A DNA stretch of 64,000 nt from Alphaproteobacteria bacterium (GCA_965228895.1 OZ245842.1:96001-160000); one strand, 5' to 3'; numbered from the stretch's first letter, positions 43,755 to 55,321 are shown. The notes: generated by a model not told the origin, from the letters alone. Numbers and translations are program-made.

Positions 43755-44195
43755 TTATTGGAACGGCGCCATGCCTTCGCGCGCCAGGGCGTCGGCGCGC
43801 TCGTTGCCGGGATCACCGTCGTGACCCTTGACCCAATGCCAGGTCACCTGATGGCGTGCCAGTGCCTTTTCCAGACGCTGCCATAGATCAGCGTTCTTGA
43901 CCGGCTTCTTGGCCGACGTGCGCCAGCCGTTTTGTTTCCAACGCGTAATCCACGACGTGATGCCGTCGCGCACATAGGTGCTGTCGGTATAAAGCTCGAT
44001 GGTTGACGGCCGCTTGAGAGAGTCTAAGGCCTCAATCGCTGCCATCAGTTCCATGCGGTTGTTGGTGGTCTTGGCGGCACCGCCGCTGATCTCTTTCGTC
44101 GAGCCACGCCAACGCAACAGCGCACCCCATCCGCCTGGTCCGGGATTACCCGAACACGCACCGTCGGTGTAGATGATGACCGGCGTATCCGCCAT
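43755..44195 (-). CDS. rnhA: Ribonuclease HI
   Basis: Motifs [21 protein letters not shown] and WVKGH...NERAD. Confidence 0.97.
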   Translation of the reverse strand: MADTPVIIYTDGACSGNPGPGGWGALLRWRGSTKEISGGAAKTTNNRMELMAAIEALDSLKRPSTIELYTDSTYVRDGITSWITRWKQNGWRTSAKKPVKNADLWQRLEKALARHQVTWHWVKGHDGDPGNERADALAREGMAPFQ

Positions 44196-44196
44196 G

Positions 44197-45159
44197 TCAA
44201 GTCAGGCCATAGGCGGTCGGGCTCGTCACGTCCCGGTGGAAACGCAGCTTGCGCAAGTACTCCAGCGGGTCTTTCGGTGTGACGAGCGCACCATCGACCG
44301 GATGCAGCCAATCGAACAAACGGGTCAGAAGAAACCGCAGCGCGGCACCGCGCGCCAACAACGGCAGCGCCTCCAACTCACCGATCTCGAACGGGCGAAC
44401 CTGGCGGTACGAGGCCAGCAGTTGCCGCGCCTTGGTGACGTTGAACTCACGTTCGTTTTCGAAACACCACGCGTTCATGCAGATCGCCACGTCATAGGCA
44501 AAGAAATCGTTGCACGCGAAATAGAAGTCGATCAGGCCGGTCAGCTCGTCGCCTTCAAAAAAAACGTTGTCACAGAAGAGGTCGGCGTGAATGACGCCTG
44601 ACGGAAGGTCATCAGGCCAGGATGTCTCCAGGGCCTCGACTTCCGACGCGATTTCGCGACCCAAGCCCGGCATGACCTCGTCGGCCTGACCCAGGCACTG
44701 TTTGGCCAGGCTCTGCCAACCGGTCAGGCACAGATCGTTGGGCCGGGTCATCGGAAAATCTTGACCCGCCAGGTGCAGGCCGGCCAGGGCGCTACCCAGC
44801 GCCGAACAGTGTTCCGGCCTGACCCGTCGTGGCGACACGCCGTTCAAGAACGAGATGATTGCCGCGGGCCGCCCGTTGAGCGTGCGCAGCGCCGCACCGT
44901 CCGTGCCGTGGATCGGAGTCGGGCAGGGCACGCCACGCTTGGCCAGGTGTTCCATCAAGCCCAGGTAGAACGGCAGATCCTCCGCGCGTACCCGTTTTTC
45001 GTACAGCGTCAGAATGAACGGCGAGCGATCGGTCAACAGCAGGTAGTTGCTGTTCTCGACGCCTTCGGCGATGCCTTTGAGCGACGTAACCCGGCCGATA
45101 TCGTACTCGGTCAGAAAGGCGGCCACGTCTTCTGCCGCGACGTCGGTGTAAACGGCCAT
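44197..45159 (-). CDS. thrB: Homoserine kinase type II
   Basis: Motifs [22 protein letters not shown] and IDFYFAC. Confidence 0.93.
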   Translation of the reverse strand: MAVYTDVAAEDVAAFLTEYDIGRVTSLKGIAEGVENSNYLLLTDRSPFILTLYEKRVRAEDLPFYLGLMEHLAKRGVPCPTPIHGTDGAALRTLNGRPAAIISFLNGVSPRRVRPEHCSALGSALAGLHLAGQDFPMTRPNDLCLTGWQSLAKQCLGQADEVMPGLGREIASEVEALETSWPDDLPSGVIHADLFCDNVFFEGDELTGLIDFYFACNDFFAYDVAICMNAWCFENEREFNVTKARQLLASYRQVRPFEIGELEALPLLARGAALRFLLTRLFDWLHPVDGALVTPKDPLEYLRKLRFHRDVTSPTAYGLT

Positions 45160-45168
45160 GGTCGGCGA

Positions 45169-46128
45169 TCAGGCGGTAAGCGCGCTGGGCAGTTTGAAGT
45201 GGACGTCTTCGCGCGTCACTTCGACTTCCTCGATCGTCAGCTCGAAACGGCGGCGAAGATGGTCGAGCACCTCGTCGACCAGAATCTCCGGCGCCGAGGC
45301 GCCGGCCGTAATGCCCAGCGTCGTGACGCCGTCAAACGCCATGCGTTCCAGATCATCGGCGCGTTGAACCAGACATGCGTCCGACGCGCCCGCGTGTGTC
45401 GCGACCTCGACCAGGCGCAGCGAGTTCGACGAATTGGTGGCGCCGATTACCAGCACGGTGTCGCACCGCCCGGCGATCGCCTTGACCGCTTGCTGGCGAT
45501 TGGTCGTGGCATAGCAGATATCCTGCTTGCGCGGTCCTTGAATATCGGGAAATCGTCGTTGCAGGGCTGCAACGATCGCGGCGGTGTCGTCGATCGAGAG
45601 GGTGGTCTGGGTGATGTAGGCAAGCGCCTTGCCTTCGGCGGGCTCGACCCGCTCGGCATCCTCGATACTTTCGACCAGCAAGATCGCGCCGTCCGGCAGC
45701 TGGCCCATCGTGCCGACCACTTCGGGATGGCCCCGGTGTCCGATCAGCAGAATCTGGTGTCCCTTGGCGTAATGACGCTCGGCCTCGATATGGACCTTGC
45801 TGACCAGCGGGCAGGTCGCGTCGAGGTAATAGAGGTCACGGCCCTTGGCTTCCAGCGGCACCGATTTTGGCACGCCGTGGGCGGAAAAGACGACCGGCCG
45901 GTCGTCATCGGGGATCTCTTCCAGCTCCTCGACAAAGATCGCGCCCTTTTGTTCCAGCCCCTCGACCACATAGCGGTTGTGGACGATTTCGTGGCGTACG
46001 TAGACGGGGGCGCCATGCTGGACGATCGCCTGCTCAACGATCTGGATGGCGCGATCGACGCCCGCGCAAAACCCCCGGGGTGAGGCGAGAAGGACGGTCA
46101 GATTTGGCTTTTTGGAGGATTCCAACAT
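45169..46128 (-). CDS. ispH: 4-hydroxy-3-methylbut-2-enyl diphosphate reductase
   Basis: Motifs [24 protein letters not shown] and SSN. Confidence 0.96.
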   Translation of the reverse strand: MLESSKKPNLTVLLASPRGFCAGVDRAIQIVEQAIVQHGAPVYVRHEIVHNRYVVEGLEQKGAIFVEELEEIPDDDRPVVFSAHGVPKSVPLEAKGRDLYYLDATCPLVSKVHIEAERHYAKGHQILLIGHRGHPEVVGTMGQLPDGAILLVESIEDAERVEPAEGKALAYITQTTLSIDDTAAIVAALQRRFPDIQGPRKQDICYATTNRQQAVKAIAGRCDTVLVIGATNSSNSLRLVEVATHAGASDACLVQRADDLERMAFDGVTTLGITAGASAPEILVDEVLDHLRRRFELTIEEVEVTREDVHFKLPSALTA

Positions 46129-46138
46129 GGCGGCGATC

Positions 46139-46276
46139 CTAGATCATCGGGGCCTGGGTGGGAAACCACATCGCGAGAATCGACCACGTGATTTCGCTCT
46201 CTAAAGATGCGCAGGGCAGATTTACCCGCTTTGACGGCATCGCGATGCAATTCCATCTGAACGGGATCTGCTCTAG
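46139..46276 (+). repeat. Two-hairpin CTAG-ended intergenic repeat, copy 3 (degenerate unit A)
   Basis: CTAGATCATC...CACGTGATTTCGCTCT, a spacer, then CAGGGCAGATTTACCCG...CGGGATCTGCTCTAG (46212-46276). Confidence 0.8.
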
Positions 46277-46385
46277 GCCACGAAACATGCGCCCTTGCCC
46301 TTGTTCCGACCCATTCTGACCTCTAGATTGGCGCCCGGCCACGTGCCTTCAAGGTGGGCCTGCAGGATGAAAAACAAGGGGTGAC

Positions 46386-46631
46386 ATGATGGCTGATGCC
46401 GTCGAAATCGCGCAGAAAGAGCCCTATCAGCTCGATCTGAAGAAGGGCGAGAAGTACTTTTGGTGCGCCTGTGGCCGCAGCAGCAAGCAACCGCTTTGCG
46501 ACGGCACCCACAAGGGCTCAGGCTTGTCACCAAAGATGATCGTTGCCGAAGAAGATAAGACCGTGTGGCTATGCGGTTGCAAGCATACCGCTAACGCGCC
46601 TTACTGCGACGGCACCCACAGTTCGCTTTGA
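46386..46631 (+). CDS. Double CDGSH iron-sulfur domain protein (MiNT/CISD3-like)
   Basis: WCACGRSSKQPLCDGTH and LCGCKHTANAPYCDGTH. Confidence 0.92.
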   Translation: MMADAVEIAQKEPYQLDLKKGEKYFWCACGRSSKQPLCDGTHKGSGLSPKMIVAEEDKTVWLCGCKHTANAPYCDGTHSSL

Positions 46632-46668
46632 TCCCCGCTTGCCTCACCGACCTGGAGCCGCATCGCTG

Positions 46669-47217
46669 ATGCGTCTGACATCGCTACGTCCATGGGGCGT
46701 GCCGACGGTGGCGCTCGTCGTGGGTTTGATCCTCTCCTCTTGCGCGTCCGAAGAGGAGGTGCTGGGCACGGTTATCTGTCCGCAGGCCTATATCGTAAAG
46801 GACGCGACGCGTTCGACCGATTATGCGCCCGGTGGCGGCCGCGACCTCATCGATATCAAATACAACGCCCAGATCGTCGATATCGCTTGGAGTTGCCTCT
46901 ACGAGACCGAGAAACGCTTTGTCGATGTCGAGGTCCAGTTTTTTGTCAGGGCATTGCGCGGGCCGGCGTCGGAGGAACGGCAAACGACGTTCCCGTACTT
47001 CGTTGTTGTTGCCGATCCGCAAGGCGAAATCCTGGCCAAGCGGGTGTTTGGCATCGATGTCAATTTTCCCGGTAATGCCCTGGAAATCGGCCACATCGAG
47101 ACGGTGCGCCAGCGTATTCGCTTCCCGACTCTTGCCGGCGCGGCCGACTACACGATCTTTGTCGGCTTCCAGCTCACCCCTGAACAGCTGGCGGAGGCGC
47201 GGGCGCGGCAGTTGTAA
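46669..47217 (+). CDS. Conserved hypothetical lipoprotein
   Basis: Signal peptide ending in lipobox LSSC; RGPA, PYFVVV and FVGFQLT. Start trimmed to ATG 46669. Confidence 0.7.
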   Translation: MRLTSLRPWGVPTVALVVGLILSSCASEEEVLGTVICPQAYIVKDATRSTDYAPGGGRDLIDIKYNAQIVDIAWSCLYETEKRFVDVEVQFFVRALRGPASEERQTTFPYFVVVADPQGEILAKRVFGIDVNFPGNALEIGHIETVRQRIRFPTLAGAADYTIFVGFQLTPEQLAEARARQL

Positions 47218-47244
47218 CGCCTGTGTGTAACGTCCCTATCAAGG

Positions 47245-47273
47245 TTGACCTTCGCGGCTGGCGTGATCATCAT
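47245..47273 (+). promoter_or_regulatory. Sigma70-type promoter of the gcv leader
   Basis: TTGACC-17 nt-CATCAT immediately upstream of the riboswitch. Confidence 0.55.
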
Positions 47274-47290
47274 CCCGTGCGCCTATGAAC

Positions 47291-47485
47291 CCGGCGGGAG
47301 AGTACGACCCCCATAGCGTTGTTGGGTCGCCGCCGAAGGAGCAACCCGTCCCGGAAACTCTCAGGCAAGCGGGACCGCCGGGGGATGGCGCCTCTGGAGA
47401 GAAGGCTGTGGCGCTTGGCGCCGCGGTCTCACCGAAGGGGTAAGCCGGATTGCCGGCGATGCTCTCAGGTTCGACGACAGAGGGG
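47291..47485 (+). ncRNA. Tandem glycine riboswitch
   Basis: Two aptamers: GGGAGAG...CGCCGAAGGAGCAA...AAACTCTCAGGC...GGAC and CTCTGGAGAG...CACCGAAGGGGTAA...CTCTCAGG...GACAGAG, upstream of gcvT. Confidence 0.95.
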
Positions 47486-47546
47486 ACGACCGTGAGGACG
47501 GAGGCGTCCTGACGGCCATCTTGTCGTGATGAAGGAGAGCTTGAGG

Positions 47547-48668
47547 GTGCAAGCCAGGGACGGGCTAAAGAAGACGCCGCTTTACGATCTTCACGTTGAG
47601 CGGGGCGCGCGCATGGTGCCGTTTGCCGGTTACGACATGCCGGTTCAATATCCCTCAGGCATTCTGGCCGAACACCGTCACACCCGTGAGGCGGCGGGCC
47701 TGTTCGACGTCTCGCACATGGGTCAGGTCCGGCTCTCGGCGGTCGGTGGACGCGAAGCGGCGGCGCGTGCGCTTGAAGCGCTGGTCCCCGCGGCGATGAC
47801 GACGCTGCAGTCCGGGCGCATGCGCTATACGCAGTTCACCAACGATCAGGGTGGAATCCTGGACGACCTGATGGTGACCGCCATGGGCGATCATCTTTAC
47901 CTGGTCGTCAACGCCGCCTGCAAGGATGCGGATATTGACCATCTGACGGCGAACCTTTCCGACACCTGCGAGATCGAGGTGCTCGGCGACCGCGCCTTGC
48001 TGGCGTTGCAGGGACCGAAGGCGGTGGCCGCCTTCGCCCGGCTGGTGCCCGATTGCGAACAACTGACCTTCATGCAGGCCGCGACATGGGATCTGGACGG
48101 CGAGCGTTTGCTGGTCAGCCGGTCCGGATACACCGGCGAGGACGGCGTCGAGGTCTCGGTGCCCGGCCATGCCGCCGACGCCCTGGCGCGCCGCCTGTTG
48201 GACATGCCGGAGGTCGAACTGATTGGTCTCGGCGCGCGCGACAGCCTGCGGCTCGAGGCGGGGCTGTGCCTTTACGGTCACGATATCGACACGACGACAA
48301 CGCCGATCGAAGCGGGCTTGATTTGGTCGATCCAGAAGTCGCGGCGCGAAGCCGGCGGCTTCCCGGGCGCCGAGATAATCCAGCAGCAGATCAAAGACGG
48401 GACCCAGCGTCGCCTGGTTGGCCTGAAACCGGAAGGCCGCGCGCCGGTGCGCGACGGTGCGGACATCGTCGATGACAACGGCAACGTGATCGGCATCATC
48501 ACCAGCGGCGGTTTCGGCGCAACGGTCGGTGGTCCCGTTGCCATGGGTTATGTGCCCAGCGACCGTACCGAGACCGGCGAACGATTGAACGCCCTGGTGC
48601 GCGGCAAGACGTTGCCGATTGACGTTACGGCACTGCCGTTCGTGCCGCACCGATATCGTAGAACCTGA
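47547..48668 (+). CDS. gcvT: Glycine cleavage system aminomethyltransferase T
   Basis: Motifs FAGYDMPVQY, FDVSHMG, RSGYTGEDG and GLGARDSLRLEAG. Start approximate. Confidence 0.95.
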   Translation: MQARDGLKKTPLYDLHVERGARMVPFAGYDMPVQYPSGILAEHRHTREAAGLFDVSHMGQVRLSAVGGREAAARALEALVPAAMTTLQSGRMRYTQFTNDQGGILDDLMVTAMGDHLYLVVNAACKDADIDHLTANLSDTCEIEVLGDRALLALQGPKAVAAFARLVPDCEQLTFMQAATWDLDGERLLVSRSGYTGEDGVEVSVPGHAADALARRLLDMPEVELIGLGARDSLRLEAGLCLYGHDIDTTTTPIEAGLIWSIQKSRREAGGFPGAEIIQQQIKDGTQRRLVGLKPEGRAPVRDGADIVDDNGNVIGIITSGGFGATVGGPVAMGYVPSDRTETGERLNALVRGKTLPIDVTALPFVPHRYRRT

Positions 48669-48694
48669 AGTGATGAGCGTAGGGAGACAACACA

Positions 48695-49072
48695 ATGGCT
48701 GACAGGCTTTACACCAAGGATCACGAATGGGTCGACATCGAGGACGGTGTCGCGACCGTCGGCATTACCGACTATGCGCAAGAGCAGCTCGGCGATGTCG
48801 TGTTCGTCGAATTGCCGGAAGTCGGACGCAATGTGGTGCATCAGGAAGAGGCGGCGGTCGTTGAATCGGTCAAGGCAGCCAGCGAGGTCTATGCGCCGGT
48901 GTCCGGCGAGGTCGTCGACGTCAACAGCGGCCTTGCCGACGATCCGTCGCCGGTTAACTCGGATGCCTTCGGCGCCGGCTGGTTCATGCGCATCAAGATG
49001 GCCGACGAAGGCGATGTCGACGGCATGATGGATGAAGAGGCCTATGCCGAGTTTGTGGCGGAGCTTGAGTAA
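48695..49072 (+). CDS. gcvH: Glycine cleavage system H protein
   Basis: [15 protein letters not shown] and lipoyl-Lys motif VESVKAAS. Confidence 0.96.
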   Translation: MADRLYTKDHEWVDIEDGVATVGITDYAQEQLGDVVFVELPEVGRNVVHQEEAAVVESVKAASEVYAPVSGEVVDVNSGLADDPSPVNSDAFGAGWFMRIKMADEGDVDGMMDEEAYAEFVAELE

Positions 49073-50418
49073 TGCGTTATTTGCCGCTGACGGATGCTGA
49101 TCGCCAGGCGATGCTGGCGACCATCGGCGCCGAAAGCATCGCTGATCTTTATGTCGATGTGCCCGCCGAGGCCAATCTTGATACGCCGGTGGCGCTGCCG
49201 CGACACCAGGGCGAAATGGAAGTGGAACGCGCGCTTGCCGCCATGGCGGCCAAGAACCTTCATGGCGCGCGCGAGCCCTTCTATATCGGCTGCGGCGCCT
49301 ATCGCCACCACGTGCCGGCGACCGTCGACCACCTTATCCAGCGCGGCGAGTTCTTGACGTCCTATACGCCCTATCAGCCGGAGATCACCCAGGGCACGCT
49401 GCAGATGCTGTTCGAGTTCCAGACCATGGTCGCCATGCTGACCGGCATGGAGGTGGCCAACGCGTCGATGTATGACGGCGCCAGCGGCACGGCCGAGGCG
49501 GTTTTGATGGCGAACCGGGTGACACGTCGTGATCGCGCCGTGCTCGGCGGCGGCTTGCATCCGCACTACCGCGAGACCGTCGAAACCTATGCGCGCTATT
49601 CCGGGTTCGAGATTGCCAGCCAACAACCGGCGCCCGATGGCGATCAAGATCTCACGGGCTTGATCGACAAGACGACCAGTTGCGTCGTCGTCCAGAACCC
49701 CGACACGTTTGGCCATGTCCGCGACTTCACCAAGCTCGCCGAAGCCTGTCACGAGGCCGGTGCGCTGCTGATCGTCGCGGTGACCGAAGTCGTTTCGCTC
49801 GGCCTTCTCACACCGCCCGGCGCGATGGGCGCCGATATCGTTGTCTGTGAAGGCCAGTCACTCGGTAACCCGCTGGGCTATGGCGGACCTTATGTCGGCC
49901 TCTTCGCCGCGCGCGCGAAACATGTACGCCAGATGCCGGGCCGACTGACCGGCGAGACGACCGACAGCGAAGGCCGGCGCGGCTGGGTGCTGACGCTGTC
50001 GACCCGCGAACAGCATATCCGGCGCGAAAAGGCGACGAGCAACATCTGCACCAACTCAGGACTGTGCGCGCTCGCGTTCACGATCCATCTGTCGCTGTTG
50101 GGCGAAGCCGGTATGACACGCCTCGCGCGGCTCAACCACGAGGCGGCCATACGCACGGCCGATCGGTTGTCGGCGATCGATGGCGTGACGCTGGTCAACG
50201 ATGCCTTTTTCAACGAGTTCACCATTAGACTCGCCAAACCGGCCGCCCAGGTCGTCGAAGCGTTGGCGGAACGCGGCGTGCTCGCGGGCGTCCCGTTTTC
50301 TAGGTTCCACCCCGATGATCCGGCGTTCGCCGATCTCCTGATCGTCGCGACGACGGAGACCAACACACCGGAGGATCTGGAGACATACGCGACAGCGCTT
50401 CAGGAGGTGCTGGCATGA
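49072..50418 (+). CDS. gcvPA: Glycine dehydrogenase subunit 1
   Basis: Motifs [18 protein letters not shown] and [17 protein letters not shown]. Confidence 0.95.
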   Translation: MRYLPLTDADRQAMLATIGAESIADLYVDVPAEANLDTPVALPRHQGEMEVERALAAMAAKNLHGAREPFYIGCGAYRHHVPATVDHLIQRGEFLTSYTPYQPEITQGTLQMLFEFQTMVAMLTGMEVANASMYDGASGTAEAVLMANRVTRRDRAVLGGGLHPHYRETVETYARYSGFEIASQQPAPDGDQDLTGLIDKTTSCVVVQNPDTFGHVRDFTKLAEACHEAGALLIVAVTEVVSLGLLTPPGAMGADIVVCEGQSLGNPLGYGGPYVGLFAARAKHVRQMPGRLTGETTDSEGRRGWVLTLSTREQHIRREKATSNICTNSGLCALAFTIHLSLLGEAGMTRLARLNHEAAIRTADRLSAIDGVTLVNDAFFNEFTIRLAKPAAQVVEALAERGVLAGVPFSRFHPDDPAFADLLIVATTETNTPEDLETYATALQEVLA

Positions 50419-51935
50419 CCGAGACAATCTCCGGCCATCGTGGCCTCGTGATGGATGAACCCCTGCTGTTCGAGCAGGACGAGGCCGGGCGCACCGGCGT
50501 TGATTTGGCCGAACCCGAAGGCATCCCATGCCGCGTCGGCGGTCTCGAACGCCAAGGCTCAATTGGCTTGCCGGGTCTCAGCGAGCCGCAGATCGTGCGC
50601 CACTACACGCGGCTCTCCCAAAAGAACTACGCCATCGACTCCGGTCTTTATCCGCTGGGCTCGTGCACCATGAAGCACAATCCCCGGCTCAACGAAAAGG
50701 TGGTGCGCCTGGAAGGGTTCGCCCACGCCCATCCGCTTCAACCGGCATCCACGGTGCAGGGCTGTTTGGAGCTAATCGCGACGCTGGCCCACTGGCTGAC
50801 CACACTGACCGGCATGCCGGGCGTGGCGATGTCGCCGGCCGCCGGCGCCCATGGCGAGCTGGCCGGCCTGATGACGATCCGCGCCGCCCTGGAGGATCGT
50901 GGCGATGCGCGCAAGCGCGTGTTGGTGCCGGAGTCCGCCCATGGCACCAATCCGGCCACTGCCGCCCATTGCGGCTACACGGTCGACGCCATTCCAGCCA
51001 ACGACCGCGGTCGCCTCGATGTCGATGCGTTCAAGCAGGCTCTCGACGACGATGTCGCGGCGTTGATGTTGACCAACCCCAACACATGCGGCCTGTTCGA
51101 AAACGACATCATCGAGGTCGCCCGCCTGCTTCATGACGCCGGCAGTTTCTTCTATTGTGACGGCGCCAACTTCAACGCCATTGTCGGGCGCGTCAGGCCC
51201 GGCGATCTGGGCGTTGACGCCATGCACATCAACCTGCACAAGACCTTCTCGACGCCCCATGGCGGCGGCGGTCCGGGCAGCGGTCCGGTGGTCCTCTCCG
51301 AAGCGCTGCTGCCCTATGCGCCACTGCCCTTTGTGGTCGCGGACGGCGATGGTTATCGCCTGGTCGAGCACCACGAGGACGGCAAGAGCTTCGGGCGGCT
51401 GCGCGCGTTCCACGGCCAGATGGGCATGTTTGTGCGCGCCTTGAGCTACATGATGAGCCACGGTGCCGACGGCCTGCGTCAGGTCGCCGAAGACGCCGTG
51501 CTGAACGCCAACTACGTCATGAAGCGGCTGGAGGGTACCTATCACGCGGCTTTTCCGGGACCTTGCATGCATGAGTGCCTGTTTGACGATCAGTCGCTGA
51601 AGGATACCGACGTCACCACGCTCGATCTCGCCAAAGCGATGATCGACGAGGGTTTCCACCCGATGACCATGTATTTCCCGCTGGTCGTCCACGGCGCGAT
51701 GCTGATCGAGCCGACGGAGACGGAGAGCAAGCAAAGCCTGGATCAGTTCTGCGACACCATGCTGGGCCTGATGCGCCGCGCCCAGGATGGTGATGCCGAA
51801 TGGTTCCACACCGCGCCTCATCTGGCGCCGTGGCGCCGCCTCGACGAAACCGCCGCCGCGCGCCATCCGGTGCTGACGTGGACGCCAGCCAAGGATGAGG
51901 AAGCCGCGGCATCGTGGCAGGAAAAACTGTTTTAA
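50415..51935 (+). CDS. gcvPB: Glycine dehydrogenase subunit 2
   Basis: Motifs [18 protein letters not shown] and PLP site [16 protein letters not shown]. Confidence 0.95.
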   Translation: MTETISGHRGLVMDEPLLFEQDEAGRTGVDLAEPEGIPCRVGGLERQGSIGLPGLSEPQIVRHYTRLSQKNYAIDSGLYPLGSCTMKHNPRLNEKVVRLEGFAHAHPLQPASTVQGCLELIATLAHWLTTLTGMPGVAMSPAAGAHGELAGLMTIRAALEDRGDARKRVLVPESAHGTNPATAAHCGYTVDAIPANDRGRLDVDAFKQALDDDVAALMLTNPNTCGLFENDIIEVARLLHDAGSFFYCDGANFNAIVGRVRPGDLGVDAMHINLHKTFSTPHGGGGPGSGPVVLSEALLPYAPLPFVVADGDGYRLVEHHEDGKSFGRLRAFHGQMGMFVRALSYMMSHGADGLRQVAEDAVLNANYVMKRLEGTYHAAFPGPCMHECLFDDQSLKDTDVTTLDLAKAMIDEGFHPMTMYFPLVVHGAMLIEPTETESKQSLDQFCDTMLGLMRRAQDGDAEWFHTAPHLAPWRRLDETAAARHPVLTWTPAKDEEAAASWQEKLF

Positions 51936-52129
51936 TTCAACAAGTTGAACGTCATAGGGTGGACGGCGCCGCTGGTCTTGTGCCGTTGTCATCTCGATTT
52001 GATTCAACTCAAAATGAACTTGCTTTAAGCTAGGGGTTGCCGCCGATCGGGCCCAGGGACGGGCTGAGGCATAACGTACAAAAAGATCTTATCCGCGTTC
52101 CGGGCCCGGCACATGGGGAGAAACGCGCC

Positions 52130-52873
52130 ATGAAGATCTATCCGACCATCGAGATCATGGAAGGCAAGGCCGTCGACCGTCTTGACGGCAGCGGCGAGCG
52201 GCCCAGGCCGTTTGACATGGCACCGCTTGAGGCGGCGAAACAGTTCGCCGGCGAGGGCGCGGAATGCCTGCATGTGGTGGATGTCGACGGCACCATGCAA
52301 GGCGGCCATCACAACGGCGATCTGATCTGCGAGATCATCGATAGCGTCGGCATTCCGGTCCAGGTCGCCGGCGGCATCCGCACCATGGAGACCGCGGCCT
52401 GGTGGATCGATCATGGCGCATCGCGCATCGGTCTGGGCACAGCGGCGGTCAAGGATCGCCATTTGGTGCAGCAGGTGTGCAGCGCCTACCCCGAACAGGT
52501 TCTGGTCACGATCGCCGCGCGCCGTGACCACGTGGTCGTCGAAGGTTGGCGCGAGGACACGACCTATACCGCCCTTCAGCTTGCCAAGAGTTTTGAGGAG
52601 ACGGGCGTTGCCGAGATCGTTTTTGTCGACCTCGACCGTGATACGGATCCTCAGGAGTACAGTCTGGCGGCCACCACGAAGATGGGCGAGGAACTGGGAA
52701 TTCCGGTCATCTCGAGCGGCACGGTAACCTCGCTCGACGATGTCGCGACGCTGCGCTACCTGCCCAATATCGGCGGATGTATCGTCGGCCGCGCGCTGTT
52801 CAACGGCACGGTGGCGCTGAAAGAGGCGCTTGCGACCGCACAGACACCCTACAAGGTACCGGAGTTCGTTTAG
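52130..52873 (+). CDS. Divergent HisA/HisF-family (beta/alpha)8 barrel protein (HisA paralog)
   Basis: LHVVDVDG, QVAGGIR, LGTAAV, EGW and IVGRALF are present, but several catalytic and phosphate-binding positions are altered. ATG 52130 follows GGGGAG. Confidence 0.8.
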   Translation: MKIYPTIEIMEGKAVDRLDGSGERPRPFDMAPLEAAKQFAGEGAECLHVVDVDGTMQGGHHNGDLICEIIDSVGIPVQVAGGIRTMETAAWWIDHGASRIGLGTAAVKDRHLVQQVCSAYPEQVLVTIAARRDHVVVEGWREDTTYTALQLAKSFEETGVAEIVFVDLDRDTDPQEYSLAATTKMGEELGIPVISSGTVTSLDDVATLRYLPNIGGCIVGRALFNGTVALKEALATAQTPYKVPEFV

Positions 52874-52987
52874 TCTCGTGAAAAAACACCGGGATTGCCG
52901 GTAGCGCCGAGCGGGGCGTAGATTTCGCGGGCTGTCTGCCTCGGCGTTACGTTCCTGTTCCGCCGCCGTTTTGCCGGAGTCGTCATT

Positions 52988-54172
52988 ATGTTCGAAGACA
53001 TGGAGGCCCTAGAGGCCGATCCGATCCTTGGCGTTATGCTCGCCTATCGTGCTGATCCAAGGCCCGAGAAGATCGATCTTGGCGTCGGCATCTACAAGGA
53101 TTCCGATGGCGCGACGCCAATCATGGCTGCCGTGCGAGAGGCTGAGCAGCGCCTGTTGGCATCGCAGACGACCAAGGCTTACGTCTCGCCGGGCGGCGAT
53201 GAGAGCTTCAACGCGGCGATGTGCGATGTCGTGTTTGGCGCCGACAGGAAGGCCGACCGGGTTCGCGCAATTCAGACGCCGGGCGGCAGCGGCGCCTTGC
53301 GCGTGCTCATGAGCCTGATCAAGAACACGCGGCCGGACGCGACGCTCTGGCTCAGCGAGCCGACCTGGCCCAATCATCATATCCTGGCCGGCGCGGCCGG
53401 GCTGACGGTGGCGCGCTATCCCTATTTCGATGCCGACAGCAAGACCGTGCGTTTTGGCGCGATGCTGGATGATCTGGGCCGCGCGAAACCCGGTGACGCC
53501 GTGCTGCTGCATGGTTGTTGCCATAACCCCAGCGGCGCCGATCTCGACATCGCACAATGGCGGGACGTTGCCGCGCTCTTGGCGGAACGCGGCGTTCTCG
53601 CGTTTGTCGACATTGCCTATCAAGGTCTCGGCGATGGTTTGGAAGCGGATACGGCGGGTCTCAGGTTACTCGCGGACGAACTGCCTGAGATGGTTGTGGC
53701 CGCGTCGTGCTCGAAAAACTTTGGTCTTTATCGTGATCGCGTTGGCACGGCCTTTGTACAGGCGGGTGATCGGGATCAGGCCGATAGAGCGCGTCAGCAT
53801 CTCGTGCGTGCGGTGCGCGGCAACTATTCCATGCCGCCGGATCATGGCGCGGCGGTCGTCAGTATCATTCTGGGTGACCCCGGCCTACGCCGTGTGTGGC
53901 TCGAGGAGCTCGAGACCATGAGAGAGCGGGTGCAGAACCTGCGCCGCACCTTGGCCGATACGCTACGCCGCAAGTCGAACAGCGACCGGTTCGATTTTTT
54001 TGCCGATCACCGTGGCCTGTTTTCCCTGACCGGGCTGTCGCCCGAGCAGGTCAACGCCATGCGTGAGGCTTATGGCATCTATCTGATCGGCGACGGGCGC
54101 ATGAACGTCGCAGGCCTGACGGAAGACAACGTCGACGCGTTTGCCGATGCGATGATCGCGGTGACGTCGTGA
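52988..54172 (+). CDS. Aromatic amino acid/aspartate aminotransferase (TyrB/AspC family)
   Basis: Motifs KIDLGVGIYKD, PTWPNH, HGCCHNPSG, DIAYQG and SCSKNFGLY. Confidence 0.92.
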   Translation: MFEDMEALEADPILGVMLAYRADPRPEKIDLGVGIYKDSDGATPIMAAVREAEQRLLASQTTKAYVSPGGDESFNAAMCDVVFGADRKADRVRAIQTPGGSGALRVLMSLIKNTRPDATLWLSEPTWPNHHILAGAAGLTVARYPYFDADSKTVRFGAMLDDLGRAKPGDAVLLHGCCHNPSGADLDIAQWRDVAALLAERGVLAFVDIAYQGLGDGLEADTAGLRLLADELPEMVVAASCSKNFGLYRDRVGTAFVQAGDRDQADRARQHLVRAVRGNYSMPPDHGAAVVSIILGDPGLRRVWLEELETMRERVQNLRRTLADTLRRKSNSDRFDFFADHRGLFSLTGLSPEQVNAMREAYGIYLIGDGRMNVAGLTEDNVDAFADAMIAVTS

Positions 54173-54184
54173 CCTCTTGGGCCA

Positions 54185-55321
54185 TCATCGCCGCACCAGG
54201 GTGGCCGTAATGACGAGGGTGCCGGCGGCGATGAACGAGGCGATCTCATAGCTGCCAGTGCTGCTGTGCAGCAGGCCGGCGAACCACGGCCCGATCACCT
54301 GCCCCAGACCGAAACTGGCGGTCATGATCGCCAGCGTCTGCCGTGACGCATGGGGCGCCAGCTTGTGGGCCTCGATCAGGCCCAGCGCCGTGATCCCCAT
54401 GAAGGTAAGGCCGAACAGCGCCGAGGCGACCAGGATCATCGCGGGCGTATCGGCGACGACAGTCAAGACAACCGCGCATGCCTCGATGATGCAGGCGGTG
54501 CAGAGCGCGTTCGCACCGCCGATCCGGTTGGCCGTGCGTACCCAGAGGTAGACGGATGGCGCGGCTGCCAGACCGGCGATCAGCCAGACATAGGGTTCGG
54601 CCGGATTGAGCGCCGGGTTGTCGCGGGTGATAACCGAAACGAAGGTGGCGGTGATGACGTAGCCAAAACCGAACAGGCCGTAGCCGACGATCAGGCGAAC
54701 CAGCCGCGCGCTGATGCGCCCGGGCGGTGCGATCTGTGATGTGACCGCCGGCCGCCCCTTGCCCTCGTCTGGAATCAGGAACGCCGCGATCACCAGGCAC
54801 AACAGGGTCAAGAGGCCGCTGACGATCCACAGCGCGCGCCAGCCCATGCCGTTCGCGGCAAGCACCGCCACGGCAATCGACGAGATCGCGATGCCGCATC
54901 CCACACCGGCGAAGTGGATACTTGAGAGGCCGGGACGACCCGCCTCGTTGAGCCGTTCCAGGATCAGGGCCGAGGAAAATACCAGAACGAAGGCGCTGGC
55001 GACGCCGCCGACAAAACGCAGCGCCAAGAAGCCATCGATCAGGATCGTCATGCCCATGGCTGCCGTCGTCAGGGCGCTCAGCAGCAGGGCACCGAGGAAC
55101 CACAAACGCCGGCTGCCGGGCAGAAAGCCCATTGACGCCGCCAGCGCGCCGACCAGATAGCCCAGGAAGTTGGCCGAGGCGATCAGGCCGGCATTGCCGG
55201 AACTGAGTGACATCTCCTCGACCATGAACGGCAGGATCGGCGTATAGACAAACCGCCCGATGCCCATGGCCGCCGCCAGCGCAAGCAGGCCGCCGAGGGC
55301 GATGAGAACGGGATTTCGCAT
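54185..55321 (-). CDS. YbfB/YjiJ family MFS transporter
   Basis: AMGIGRFVYTPILP, ASANFLGYLVG and GFGYVITATF; about 12 TM helices. Confidence 0.88.
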   Translation of the reverse strand: MRNPVLIALGGLLALAAAMGIGRFVYTPILPFMVEEMSLSSGNAGLIASANFLGYLVGALAASMGFLPGSRRLWFLGALLLSALTTAAMGMTILIDGFLALRFVGGVASAFVLVFSSALILERLNEAGRPGLSSIHFAGVGCGIAISSIAVAVLAANGMGWRALWIVSGLLTLLCLVIAAFLIPDEGKGRPAVTSQIAPPGRISARLVRLIVGYGLFGFGYVITATFVSVITRDNPALNPAEPYVWLIAGLAAAPSVYLWVRTANRIGGANALCTACIIEACAVVLTVVADTPAMILVASALFGLTFMGITALGLIEAHKLAPHASRQTLAIMTASFGLGQVIGPWFAGLLHSSTGSYEIASFIAAGTLVITATLVRR

